A DNA stretch of 64,000 nt from Sideroxydans sp. (GCA_013140695.1 JABFSI010000007.1:15560-79559), one strand, 5' to 3'. Positions 1 to 8,562 are shown, numbered from the stretch's first letter. The notes: generated from the letters alone by a model not told the origin. Numbers and translations: made by a program.

Positions 1-516
1 AGCCATTTCTTCATGTTTCATCTCCGGCATATCATATTTTTTCATAGGCTGCATTGCTGACTTGCTATCAGGCATGGACTTCATGTTGTCATGGTCCATA
101 CCGGCCATTTTTGAATGATCCATTTCAGCCATTGGTGTCATGGCATAGTCGTGTTTCATTTGGCTGTGATCCATGCCTTGCATATTGTCTGGAGCCGCTT
201 TTTTCATGCCTTCCATGCTGCTATGGTCCATACCCTCCATAGTAGGCATTTCTTTGCTGTCGGAAGGCATATTAGCCATCTGTTCCGGAGTCATGCTATG
301 TTGCATGCCTGCCATGGAGTGTCCAGCATGACCACCGCCATTTGAGGGCACGTTAATAGATTTCCAATCTGACAAGTTGTCTTCAGATAGGGGTTTGTAA
401 TCATCAAAGGACGATTGGTAATTATTGGTCTCTTGAGGGGCATCAGCGGCCCAGACTGGCGTAGATATACCTGTAGCAAGAGAAAGAATAAACAACGATA
501 AGTTGAATGGTTTCAT
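1..516 (-). CDS. Secreted Met/His-rich copper-binding protein, N-terminal part only (3' end beyond window); resembles the Met-rich N-terminus of CopB/PcoB-type copper resistance proteins
   Basis: Absent from the ORF track because the stop lies outside the window. Hand translation from ATG at 516..514: MKPFNLSLFILSLATGISTPVWA (signal peptide), then GHSMAGMQHSM, MEGMDHSSMEGM, MQGMDHSQM, MAEMDHSKMAGMDHDNM repeats. Open for all 172 codons to base 1. Confidence 0.5.
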   Translation of the reverse strand, partial: MKPFNLSLFILSLATGISTPVWAADAPQETNNYQSSFDDYKPLSEDNLSDWKSINVPSNGGGHAGHSMAGMQHSMTPEQMANMPSDSKEMPTMEGMDHSSMEGMKKAAPDNMQGMDHSQMKHDYAMTPMAEMDHSKMAGMDHDNMKSMPDSKSAMQPMKKYDMPEMKHEEMA

Positions 517-548
517 CGAAATCTCATTTCAAAAATAAATGTGGCGGA

Positions 549-577
549 TCAGCAACAGGCGAATAGTCTGTTGCTGA
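549..577 (-). terminator. Candidate rho-independent terminator after the czcI-like gene
   Basis: Perfect 10-bp inverted repeat tcagcaacag-N9-ctgttgctga. Read on the minus strand, a tttattttt run follows about 12 nt later. Confidence 0.4.
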
Positions 578-597
578 AATTAATCCATCGATTTTAT

Positions 598-975
598 TTA
601 AGAAATGGGAGGTCTTTGAGGCTGCGCACTGATGTGCGAGTGATAACTTGGTGCAAACAGGCTGATTTCAACTGCTTGAACTTGAGATTGCATATTGGAT
701 AGCTCACTAGGGGGCAATACGGTAAAACAAGCCATGCAGTGACCACATTTTGCGCAGTGGTCATTAGTTGACTGTTTCTGCCCTTCATCGTGTTGACCGT
801 GGTCATGTTGATTCATGTCATGATCATCATGATTATGGGTCACAGTATTTACAGTATGATTGACACACAGTTGGTCAGCCATCATCATGCCGCTAGCGTA
901 AACAGTATCTGTGAAGAATATTGTTAGCAGGAGGTAAATGAACACACACAATGATCGTAGCTGTTTAAATTGCAT
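598..975 (-). CDS. Small secreted His/Cys-rich protein, CzcI-like; paralog of 18038..18409
   Basis: Hydrophobic N-terminus, HNHDDHDMNQHDHGQHDEG run, DHCAKCGHCMACF motif, C-terminal QRPP. Shares the Cys/His core and RPP tail with the ORF directly upstream of the OMF gene at 18038..18409. Confidence 0.45.
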   Translation of the reverse strand: MQFKQLRSLCVFIYLLLTIFFTDTVYASGMMMADQLCVNHTVNTVTHNHDDHDMNQHDHGQHDEGQKQSTNDHCAKCGHCMACFTVLPPSELSNMQSQVQAVEISLFAPSYHSHISAQPQRPPIS

Positions 976-1064
976 AACTCTAGTTTATATCAATCAAAGT
1001 AAATTTCAATCTACATTACTGTTTATCTAACAATGTTTTCATTTGAGCAATTTCCTGCTGTTGA

Positions 1065-1104
1065 CAAACAAGGCTAGGTGTCTACCAAACCGTGGGTAGT
1101 CCAA
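1065..1104 (+). mobile_element. Solo 40-nt IS3-family terminus
   Basis: caaacaaggctaggtgtctaccaaaccgtgggtagtccaa is the exact reverse complement of 7756..7795, the outer tip of the decayed IS3-type transposase gene at 7756..8360. Confidence 0.6.
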
Positions 1105-1143
1105 GGAAGGGCAACAACGTTATCGTTTCTATTGCGATTGGAG

Positions 1144-1860
1144 TTAGTTACGTAAGGTTATCAATCCCCATAATATGATGCTTGGACAAACAAGCATCAG
1201 TGCGGCGACAAATGATGTCCATAAAGTAAAACCCCACATATAAAACACCAACGTTGCTAATATCAACCCTAATGCGGGACAGATCCACACCCATCGGCTG
1301 AGGGCATTATTCGCAAAGATTGGCAGGAAGCCTGGTACTCGAACCATGTAATCGCTATATTTTGGCATCCGCTGCAACAAATCAACTTCTTCCAATTTAG
1401 CCATCACTGTAAAAAATATGATGGAAAGGATAGATGCCAATAACCATGGTGCGGTGAAATGTACTAATGCAAGCCCAATAAAAACAATCAGACCGCCGGC
1501 ATATATAGGATGCCGAACATAGGCGTAAAGTCCTTTATCCATCAGTGAATCATTCATAGAAGGCATATGTGTACGCCATCCAAGCTGCAAATGACCTACA
1601 ATGACTGGCACGGCACCTGCGATTATCAAAAGCCAGCCTAATCCTTGCCCTATAGCACCCAAATTGAATATCAAGGTTGAAGTTTCACACCAAGCAAGCA
1701 CAAGGCCATAACCGTAGAGTGGTATACCTAACATATTACGCAACAGGCTGGTAACCAGCCGACCACCGTTTACACCCCACGAACGAGAAAAGGCAGTTGT
1801 AAATGCGCTAGAACCTGCAAATACAAAGCCTATTAAGAGTGGAATCAAGAAATAGTACAT
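1144..1860 (-). CDS. Isoprenylcysteine carboxyl methyltransferase (ICMT) family membrane methyltransferase, CzcN-like (copy 1 of 3)
   Basis: Multi-TM protein with GLYAYVRHPIYAGGLIVFIGLAL and EEVDLLQRMPKYSDYMVRVPGFLP, the ICMT/PEMT-type SAM-binding C-terminal signature. Confidence 0.75.
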   Translation of the reverse strand: MYYFLIPLLIGFVFAGSSAFTTAFSRSWGVNGGRLVTSLLRNMLGIPLYGYGLVLAWCETSTLIFNLGAIGQGLGWLLIIAGAVPVIVGHLQLGWRTHMPSMNDSLMDKGLYAYVRHPIYAGGLIVFIGLALVHFTAPWLLASILSIIFFTVMAKLEEVDLLQRMPKYSDYMVRVPGFLPIFANNALSRWVWICPALGLILATLVFYMWGFTLWTSFVAALMLVCPSIILWGLITLRN

Positions 1861-1889
1861 TTCAGCCTCCGTTCATGATGTAAGCCGAA

Positions 1890-2207
1890 TCAACAACAGC
1901 CATGCCCAGGTTTGTCTTTTGATTTGACTGCAAATTGCTCTGGAGATGCTTCGAAGCGATCACGGTTTTCGCGCGAGGCAAAGTAGTAGGTTCTGCCTTG
2001 GTACACCGAGGTTAGAGCAATCTGAGGATCCACTGCGTTTCCACTCACAGGATCAATATTCGATTCGGATTGTGGTTGAGCGACACCTCCATTATTATCA
2101 CTATGATGATGCCTGTTAGCACCAGAACCACAACCCATGCGGCGCATCATAAAGATTACGCCGATTACCAGAAGGATACTTATCCAGTTTTGTTCAAGCC
2201 ATGCCAT
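1890..2207 (-). CDS. Membrane-anchored YHS-domain metal-binding protein
   Basis: One N-terminal TM helix (WLEQNWISILLVIGVIFMM, like the DUF2933-type peptides at 46576 and 47197), HHHSDNN linker, YQGRTYYFASRENRDRFEASPEQF (YHS domain), C-terminal GHGCC. Confidence 0.7.
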   Translation of the reverse strand: MAWLEQNWISILLVIGVIFMMRRMGCGSGANRHHHSDNNGGVAQPQSESNIDPVSGNAVDPQIALTSVYQGRTYYFASRENRDRFEASPEQFAVKSKDKPGHGCC

Positions 2208-2224
2208 GATTATCTCCTCGTCAG

Positions 2225-2746
2225 TTACTGTAAACGGTAGTCGAATAATGCTTCGAAGGCTTCAGTTTTTTGCTTGCCTAAACGATGTACTTCTATCGCG
2301 ATGCGATAAAGTCCGCTTCTGCGTAGAAGAAAATAGTTGCCGAAGCTTTTCGTTTCTCCGATCTGCATAGGTTCCAATATCTTGCGTGTGCCGGCCATAC
2401 CAAACTCTCCTACAGTCGCAGAAATTTCCGCGTCGGTGATGCGCTTACCGCTTACATCGTAGAGTGCGACGATCAGATGGTATGCATTCTTTCCGGGCGG
2501 CACACCACCATGCATTATCCGCTCTTCATGTGTGGCAGGATGTTTAGCTGCGATCTGGGCCGGCAACAGACCATAGTAGATACTGATGCCTTTTACCTGC
2601 TGATACTGCCCAGTTTCCACTTTGTGGCTGCTTAAATCTTCCATTGCGACTGCAGCATCTGGAACCACTAAACCAAACACCACAAGAAGCGAGAGAATCT
2701 TCTGTAGGATACTAACGAACATGTCGCTCTCCTTTCTAACCATCAC
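2225..2746 (-). CDS. Secreted protein of unknown function, predicted Ig-like (FixH/YtkA-like) C-terminal half; paralog of 55764..56231
   Basis: Signal peptide. IYYGLLPAQIAAKHPATHEERIMHGG ... HLIVALYDVSGKRITDAEISATV ... KILEPMQIGETKSFGNYF ... GLYRI aligns along its length with the 155-aa ORF at 55764..56231. Confidence 0.6.
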   Translation of the reverse strand: MMVRKESDMFVSILQKILSLLVVFGLVVPDAAVAMEDLSSHKVETGQYQQVKGISIYYGLLPAQIAAKHPATHEERIMHGGVPPGKNAYHLIVALYDVSGKRITDAEISATVGEFGMAGTRKILEPMQIGETKSFGNYFLLRRSGLYRIAIEVHRLGKQKTEAFEALFDYRLQ

Positions 2747-2779
2747 TTACCATGCAATTACCTTTAATTAATCCTAAAT

Positions 2780-5128
2780 TCAAAGCTTGGCTCGTTTAAG
2801 CAACGCCGAATTCACAATCACGGATAATGAACTCAACGCCATTGCCGCTGCCGCGATAATGGGATTAAGTAAGCCGAATGCTGCAATCGGCACGCCTATG
2901 CTGTTATAGATAAAAGCCCAGAACAGGTTCTGCTTGATTTTGCGCATGGTGGCGCGTGACAGACGTATGCTCGCCACCACGTCACGCACATCATTCTTGA
3001 TGAGGACAATGCCGCCGGTTTCCTTGGCCACATCGGAGCCGGAGCCAAGGGCGATGCCGATCTCAGCAACCGCCAGCGCGGGCGCGTCGTTAACGCCGTC
3101 GCCCACCATGGCGACTGATTTACCTTGTTTCTGTAAATCCTGAATGACTTTAGCCTTGTCTGAGGGTAACACTTCGGCAATGACGCGCTGAATACCTAGT
3201 TCTTTGGCAATGGCTTCGGCGGTGCGACGATTGTCGCCGGTAAGCATGATGACTTCCACATTTTCTTTCATGAGCTCAGCGATAGCGTCTTTGGCTTCGG
3301 GCTTGAGCGTGTCGGCCACAGCTACGACACCAGCGAGGCTGCCGTCAAGACCGACCAGCATCGCGGTCTTCCCCTGGGCTTCCAGTTTTGCCATGATTTC
3401 TTCCGCCGTCTTGGTATCAATACCTTCTCGTTCGAACAGCCTACGGTTGCCGAGAAGCGTGACCATGCCATCAACGTTGCCGCGGATGCCATGACCGGGA
3501 ATGGCCTCAAAGTTTTCCACCTTGGATAACACGAGTTCGCGGTGTTGCGCGGCACGCACGATTGCTTCGCCAAGCGGATGCTCCGAGCCGACCTCCACTG
3601 CGGCGGCGGCACGCAGAATGTCTGCCTCCGGCTGACTGCCAATAGCAATGATATCTGTGACATTAGGCTCTCCACGGGTGAGCGTCCCGGTCTTATCGAA
3701 CACCACTGTGGTGAGCTTTTCCGCACGCTCCAGCACTTCGGCACCACGAATCAGTATACCGGCCTCTGCTCCCTTGCCTACGCCCACCATCAGCGCCGCC
3801 GGGGTGGCGATGCCGAGTGCACATGGGCAGGCGATAATCAACACCGCGATAAAGGCGAGCAGCCCCTGCGGAAAGTTGCCGACCGCCCACCAGCCGAAAA
3901 AGGCTAGGAAAGCGACCCCCACCACCGCCGGGACGAAATACCCCGTCACCTTGTCGGCAAGGCGCTGTACGGCAGCAGTGCTGGTCTGGGCGTCCTCCAC
4001 CATCTTGATGATCTGCGCCAGCGCTGTCTCCGCCCCTACACGCGTGGCTTCGAAGCGGAACATGCCGGTGCGGTTGAGTGTGCCGCCGATCACCTGAGCA
4101 CCTACGGTCTTCTCCACCGGCATGGATTCTCCAGTGAGCATCGATTCGTCTACTGAGGAATCCCCTTCCAGTACCATGCCGTCGGTCGGTATTTTTTCGC
4201 CCGGCCTCACCACGATGATTTCCTTCACCATGACGCTTTCAGCCGGCACTTCCATCTCCTGCCCCTCGCGGACGACTCGGGCGGTAGCAGGCTTCAAATC
4301 CAGCAGCTTGCGCACTGCCGCTGAGGAACGTTTCTTAATGATTTCCTCCATGTATTTGCCGAGCAGCACGAAAGCGATGATGACGGCGGACACCTCAAAA
4401 TACACGTCGCGCTCCTCTACCTTCACCGGCAACACCTCGGGAAAGAATAGCACCGCCACGCTGTAGAAATAGGCTACGGACGTACCTAATGCAATGAGGA
4501 AATCCATGTTGATGGAGCGCGTGCGGATGGCGCTCCACGCGCCCTTGTAAAAGCTCCAGCCGCCGATGAACTGCACTGGTGTGACCAGCAGGAACAGCCA
4601 CATGCCCCAGGTAAACCAGGGTAAGGCTGGAATCGGTGCCCAAGTGACGATGGTGGCACCGGTGGCTAACGCAAGGAAAGCTCCTGCGCGCAGGATTGCC
4701 AGCGCCAGCACTCCGGTCATTGCGATCATGACACGGGTGCGCATGGATTTTAGTTCTTGCTCGGGCGACTCGAAAGTGCGCTGACATCCAATGCTGCAAA
4801 AATAGTAGGCGCGCCCGCCACGCTCGGTTTTCAGCGCCGTGGCCTTTTCCACCACCATGCCGCAGATCGGGTCTTTTGCTTTTTCACCGGCCATTGCACC
4901 TGCAGTTTTAGGTGCCTCGGTCATACCATGGTCATGGCTATGATTGTGACCACCGGCTTGGGCTGTTTCCGCAGACGCTTTGCCACCTCCTGTATATTTG
5001 GCAGGATTAGCTTCAAATTCATGCTGGCATTTGGATGAGCAGAAATAATATGTCCTTCCCGAATGAACAGCGTTACCTGCCGCTGATTTCTCGTTCACTG
5101 TCATTCCGCATACCAGATCAATAGCCAT
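2780..5128 (-). CDS. copA: Cu(I)-exporting P1B-1 type ATPase with TRASH/YHS-type N-terminal metal-binding modules
   Basis: TGES, CPC ([13 protein letters not shown]), [22 protein letters not shown] and [12 protein letters not shown] in the last TMs as in Cu(I) pumps. The N-terminus has two CGM...YYFCS..C modules and a [10 protein letters not shown] run instead of a CxxC HMA domain. Confidence 0.9.
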   Translation of the reverse strand: MAIDLVCGMTVNEKSAAGNAVHSGRTYYFCSSKCQHEFEANPAKYTGGGKASAETAQAGGHNHSHDHGMTEAPKTAGAMAGEKAKDPICGMVVEKATALKTERGGRAYYFCSIGCQRTFESPEQELKSMRTRVMIAMTGVLALAILRAGAFLALATGATIVTWAPIPALPWFTWGMWLFLLVTPVQFIGGWSFYKGAWSAIRTRSINMDFLIALGTSVAYFYSVAVLFFPEVLPVKVEERDVYFEVSAVIIAFVLLGKYMEEIIKKRSSAAVRKLLDLKPATARVVREGQEMEVPAESVMVKEIIVVRPGEKIPTDGMVLEGDSSVDESMLTGESMPVEKTVGAQVIGGTLNRTGMFRFEATRVGAETALAQIIKMVEDAQTSTAAVQRLADKVTGYFVPAVVGVAFLAFFGWWAVGNFPQGLLAFIAVLIIACPCALGIATPAALMVGVGKGAEAGILIRGAEVLERAEKLTTVVFDKTGTLTRGEPNVTDIIAIGSQPEADILRAAAAVEVGSEHPLGEAIVRAAQHRELVLSKVENFEAIPGHGIRGNVDGMVTLLGNRRLFEREGIDTKTAEEIMAKLEAQGKTAMLVGLDGSLAGVVAVADTLKPEAKDAIAELMKENVEVIMLTGDNRRTAEAIAKELGIQRVIAEVLPSDKAKVIQDLQKQGKSVAMVGDGVNDAPALAVAEIGIALGSGSDVAKETGGIVLIKNDVRDVVASIRLSRATMRKIKQNLFWAFIYNSIGVPIAAFGLLNPIIAAAAMALSSLSVIVNSALLKRAKL

Positions 5129-5202
5129 GATTGTTCCTTTCGTTATTTGTATAACTTATCGTGAAGGGGTCATAAGAGTAGCTTGTCTTATTGTTGTTAT
5201 TC

Positions 5203-5691
5203 CTAATGTTGATGAAAATTCTTTTCATTATGCACCTCCAGACTTCCGACTTCGAGTTCCTCTGCATAATGCACGAACGCGCGGCACAGTTGTTCCGTCC
5301 ACCCTTCGCCCAACTGTATGCCGATTTCAGCCATCTTCGTCTCGATCTGTTCGGCTGTAGCCTGCAATAAGTCATAAGTGATCTCGATCTTGTCACCATC
5401 GACCGCGACGGACTTGATCCCCATCATCGCCTGCAAGGCTCCAATCAGACTATCGGCCTGGCTTGGGGTCAAGGATCGGGCCACGTGCATGCGCCGTTGT
5501 TTTAGCACCTCCAATCCTTCCTGTTTTGGGGCTTTTTGCCCGGGGAATCCGATGAACAAGTGGGGATTCGCCAGGAAACGGTCCCGGCACTGGGCCGAAC
5601 AAAAGGCGTAGCGCAACTGCTGATATTCGGTGGCATACATCTGAGGTTCTACTTGCATGCCACATACGGGATCTTTCACCAGTTCTTCCAT
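5203..5691 (-). CDS. TRASH/YHS-domain protein fused to an HMA-like ferredoxin-fold domain lacking CxxC
   Basis: DPVCGMQVEPQMYATEYQQLRYAFCSAQCRDRFLANP (TRASH/YHS), then LIGALQAMMGIKSVAVDGDKIEITYD (HMA-like, no Cys pair). First gene of the copA operon. Confidence 0.7.
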   Translation of the reverse strand: MEELVKDPVCGMQVEPQMYATEYQQLRYAFCSAQCRDRFLANPHLFIGFPGQKAPKQEGLEVLKQRRMHVARSLTPSQADSLIGALQAMMGIKSVAVDGDKIEITYDLLQATAEQIETKMAEIGIQLGEGWTEQLCRAFVHYAEELEVGSLEVHNEKNFHQH

Positions 5692-5715
5692 TTTCCTATC
5701 CTTTCTAACAAATGC

Positions 5716-5805
5716 TTTAACTTCAGCCGTTCGATATCAATCTTTTTCATTTTCGCGGTAAGTTTTTACTATATATATAAAGCCTATGTGCAACACATAA
5801 GTCAA
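5716..5805 (-). promoter_or_regulatory. MerR-type promoter plus conserved leader block in front of the YHS/copA operon (twin of 53445..53541)
   Basis: Minus strand: TTGACT (5805..5800), 19-nt spacer tatgtgttgcacataggct containing the dyad TATGTG-ttg-CACATA, then TTATAT/TATATA. A 28-nt block at 5716..5743 matches 53445..53472 at 27 of 28 positions. Confidence 0.5.
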
Positions 5806-5808
5806 GCA

Positions 5809-5890
5809 TTACATTTTTCAACCATCTCAATCAGGATGAATGCTGCATGCACATGGTTAGCGACAGCAAGTGCATTACGATCAGCGTATT
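5809..5890 (-). pseudogene. 3' stub of a merR-family gene
   Basis: Minus-strand reading gives ..HVHAAFILIEMVEK followed by ATG-TAA one base out of frame (A-run one base short). Compare the intact C-termini CNLIEVIEGM* (53545) and CQLIEAIAMED* (48573). It sits in the same position relative to the -35 as the intact gene at 53545. Cut off by the IS3 stub at 5893. Confidence 0.45.
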
Positions 5891-5892
5891 AG

Positions 5893-6235
5893 CGTAAAAA
5901 GCCAGCCTCGGGATTGATGCACCACTCAGATTTAAGTGGCCAGTATTGCTCAAAAGCCCATCGCACTTTACAAACCAGCTACAAAATGCGAACCTCAACA
6001 AGTAATAAAGGCAATTACTGGAATAACGCACCGATAGAAAGTTTCTTCGGCACGCTAAAATCAGGGTGTTTGCACCATCACCGATTTAAAACCAGAACGG
6101 AGACAATGTAAGTGACCTTTGAGTATATTGAGATGTTTTACAATCGAATTCGTAGATATGCGAAAACCAACAATCAAATTCCATGACAATTCGCTCAATC
6201 TTTACTTGAACAGCAAATCAAATATGCAGCATAAT
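5893..6235 (+). mobile_element. IS3-family transposase (OrfB) C-terminal stub, interrupted by stops
   Basis: RKKPASGLMHHSDLSGQYCS ... GNYWNNAPIESFFGTLKSG ... FKTRTE, stop, then FEYIEMFYNRIRR: the rve-domain C-terminus typical of IS3-family elements. Confidence 0.7.
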
Positions 6236-6317
6236 CACCATACTTGCTCTTCTATTAAATCAGGCCTGACTCATAAAGGCTGCATTTAGTTTTAAATATT
6301 ATGGTTCAGATCGGGTT

Positions 6318-6345
6318 TTGAATATCGCCACGTAGAATTTATACT
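6318..6345 (+). promoter_or_regulatory. Sigma70-like promoter of the SAM synthetase gene, placed for a leaderless mRNA
   Basis: TTGAAT (6318..6323), 16-nt spacer, TATACT (6340..6345). Only 7 nt separate the -10 from the ATG at 6353, and no Shine-Dalgarno is present. Confidence 0.4.
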
Positions 6346-6352
6346 ATCTGTC

Positions 6353-7555
6353 ATGCATCTGGAAATCTCACTTCTTGAATTCCCTGCCGTCGACGCACTG
6401 CCGCTGGAGATCGTCGAGCGTAAAGGCATAGGTCACCCGGATACCATCTGCGACGCGCTGGCCGAGGAGTTGAGTCGAACTCTGTCGAGTTATTATCTTG
6501 ACCAATTCGGTCTGATCCTGCACCACAATGTGGACAAAGCGCTACTCTGCGGAGGGCAGGCGCGCACCCATTTCGGTGGCGGCGAAGTGCTGCAACCCAT
6601 AGAGATTTATCTGGCCGGGCGGGCAACGGAGATTGTTGGTGGCATTAGAGTACCGCTTCAGGAACTCGCTATCGAAAGTAGCCGTCGCTGGCTACGCAAA
6701 AATCTGAGCTTTGTTGATGTGGAGCGACATGTGCGCCTGCATTGTCATATTCGCCCCGGTTCGGCCGAGCTTGCCGAACTGTTCCTGCGCCAACAGGATG
6801 CCAAGACAACCCTCGCCAACGACACGTCCTGCGGCGTCGGCTACGCTCCTCTCAATGCATTGGAAAACCTTGTATTACAGGTGGAACGCCATCTCAATTC
6901 CCCTGCGGTCAAGGCGGCGTGCCCAGCCATTGGAGAGGATATCAAGGTGATGGGGGTGCGGCGTGGCAGTGATATCAACCTGACCGTGGCCTGTGCCATG
7001 GTGGGGCAATTCATCACCGACATGCCAGGCTATATTTTCGCCAAGGCGCAGGTGGCAGAGTTAACGCGCGCGGCGGCAAGGATGGCGGGGGTAGAATCAA
7101 TCGAAGTAGCAGTCAACGCTGCCGATGGCGTGACGGCGGAAAGTATCTATCTAACTGTCACTGGCACTTCAGCTGAAAGCGGTGATGATGGCGAAGTTGG
7201 CCGCGGCAACCGGGTTAACGGCCTGATAACATTTTACCGCCCGATGAGCATAGAAGCCGCTGCGGGCAAGAACCCAGTGAGTCATGTCGGCAAACTATAC
7301 AATCTGCTAGCCCACCGCATCGCACAGGATATAGTCAGTAACGTGGCGGGGATTGACGAAGTATATTGCTATTTACTGGGACAAATTGGTCGACCGATTG
7401 ATGAACCTGCGGTCGCTGACCTGAAGCTGCGCCTGGCGTCAGGGGTCGGTCTGGAGGAGGTACAGATGCGCGTTAACGAAATCGTCCGCCACCACCTGAC
7501 GACTTTGGGGAACCTCTGGCGTGAACTGATTACGGGATCCATTCAGCTGTTCTAA
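6353..7555 (+). CDS. Archaeal-type S-adenosylmethionine synthetase (methionine adenosyltransferase)
   Basis: ERKGIGHPDTICD, ANDTSCGVGYAP, LTVTGTSAESGDDGEVGRGNRVNGLIT, RPMSIEAAAGKNPVSHVGKLYN: signature blocks of the archaeal MAT family rather than bacterial MetK. Only plus-strand gene in the window. Confidence 0.8.
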   Translation: MHLEISLLEFPAVDALPLEIVERKGIGHPDTICDALAEELSRTLSSYYLDQFGLILHHNVDKALLCGGQARTHFGGGEVLQPIEIYLAGRATEIVGGIRVPLQELAIESSRRWLRKNLSFVDVERHVRLHCHIRPGSAELAELFLRQQDAKTTLANDTSCGVGYAPLNALENLVLQVERHLNSPAVKAACPAIGEDIKVMGVRRGSDINLTVACAMVGQFITDMPGYIFAKAQVAELTRAAARMAGVESIEVAVNAADGVTAESIYLTVTGTSAESGDDGEVGRGNRVNGLITFYRPMSIEAAAGKNPVSHVGKLYNLLAHRIAQDIVSNVAGIDEVYCYLLGQIGRPIDEPAVADLKLRLASGVGLEEVQMRVNEIVRHHLTTLGNLWRELITGSIQLF

Positions 7556-7755
7556 ACCACAAACACACGCAGAACGCCAGCGTTCTTATGGGCAGCTTGT
7601 CTTGTCGTCCTGCTCTGGTTATTAAATCATTTGTGAATTAGGGGTCGCCTCAGGAAACGGATTCTATAGCACGTTAAGAGTTTATGTGTACAATTACCCC
7701 AAGTTGAAATTAACCGGTGGACTTCACCCGCTTTGATAGACATATCATAATTGAA

Positions 7756-8360
7756 TTGGACTACCCACGGTTTGGTAGACACCTAGCCTTGTTTGCGCCA
7801 GACCTCTTCAAACACTTCAGGGATCATCCCATTTAGGTGTGAGTGACGTCTGGCCCTGTTATAAAACACCTCGATATAATCAAAAATATCAGCACGTGCT
7901 TTATCTCTCGTATGATACACATGGTTGCGTATTTTTTCCTTCTTTAAGCTACTAAAAAAGATTCAGCCACTGCGTTATCATAACAATTGCCTCGACGACT
8001 CATGCTAGCCTGTAACTGATGTTGCTCACAGAACCGCTTCCATTCATCACTGCTATATTGCGAACCCTGATCAGAGTGAATAATGACGGACTTCGTTGGT
8101 TTACGTCGCCAGACCGCCATGAGGATCGCATCCAGTACAATTTCCTTACCCAGCGTCGACTTCATCGACCAGCCAATCACTTTACGAGAGAATAGGTCTA
8201 GTATCACCGCTAAATAAAGCCATCCCTGAAAGGTTCGAATATAAATAATATCGGTTACCCAAGCTTCATCAGGAATCTGCTAGAAAATTGTTGAGACAAA
8301 CGATTAGGGGCCGCTTTAGTGGGCTTGTGATAATGAAATCTGTGGGACTTATAGCCACGT
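7756..8360 (-). mobile_element. IS3-family element stub: last ~190 codons of the transposase (frameshifted) plus terminal repeat
   Basis: IPDEAWVTDIIYIRTFQGWLYLAVILDLFSRKVIGWSM ... HSDQGSQYSS ... GNCYDNAVAESF. After a frame change, typical DIFDYIEVFYNR-like residues. The tip 7756..7795 is repeated inverted at 1065..1104. Confidence 0.8.
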
Positions 8361-8550
8361 AACGCAGCAATCGGAGAAAGTGCTAATGCCAAGGCATCTG
8401 CAAAGTTATGCCCCGCATCTACCACTAGTGCCAAACTATTAGATTTGTAGCCTACTTAAAGCTTCGCCTAAACAAAAAGCGAAAGTAATTGCTGTGCTAA
8501 CCACATTTTATTACTGGATATTCCTTCACCGTGTGAATGTAATCCTGCAT
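8361..8550 (-). pseudogene. 5' stub of a cation diffusion facilitator (CzcD-like) gene with frameshifts
   Basis: Hand translation in shifting frames: ..IHTHGEGISSNKMW.., TAITFAFCLGEAL, VGYKSNSLALVVDAGHNFADALALALS (CDF TM1-TM2 signature S-LAL..DA.H...D). Joins the IS3 stub without an IS end. Confidence 0.45.
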
Positions 8551-8562
8551 TAGGTAATTAAC

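Noticed and set aside
6240-6352. Possible SAM riboswitch upstream of the SAM synthetase gene
   Set aside because: Only a short aaaggctgc resemblance. The candidate promoter leaves no room for a leader, and I cannot reconstruct any SAM-I/II/V fold by eye.
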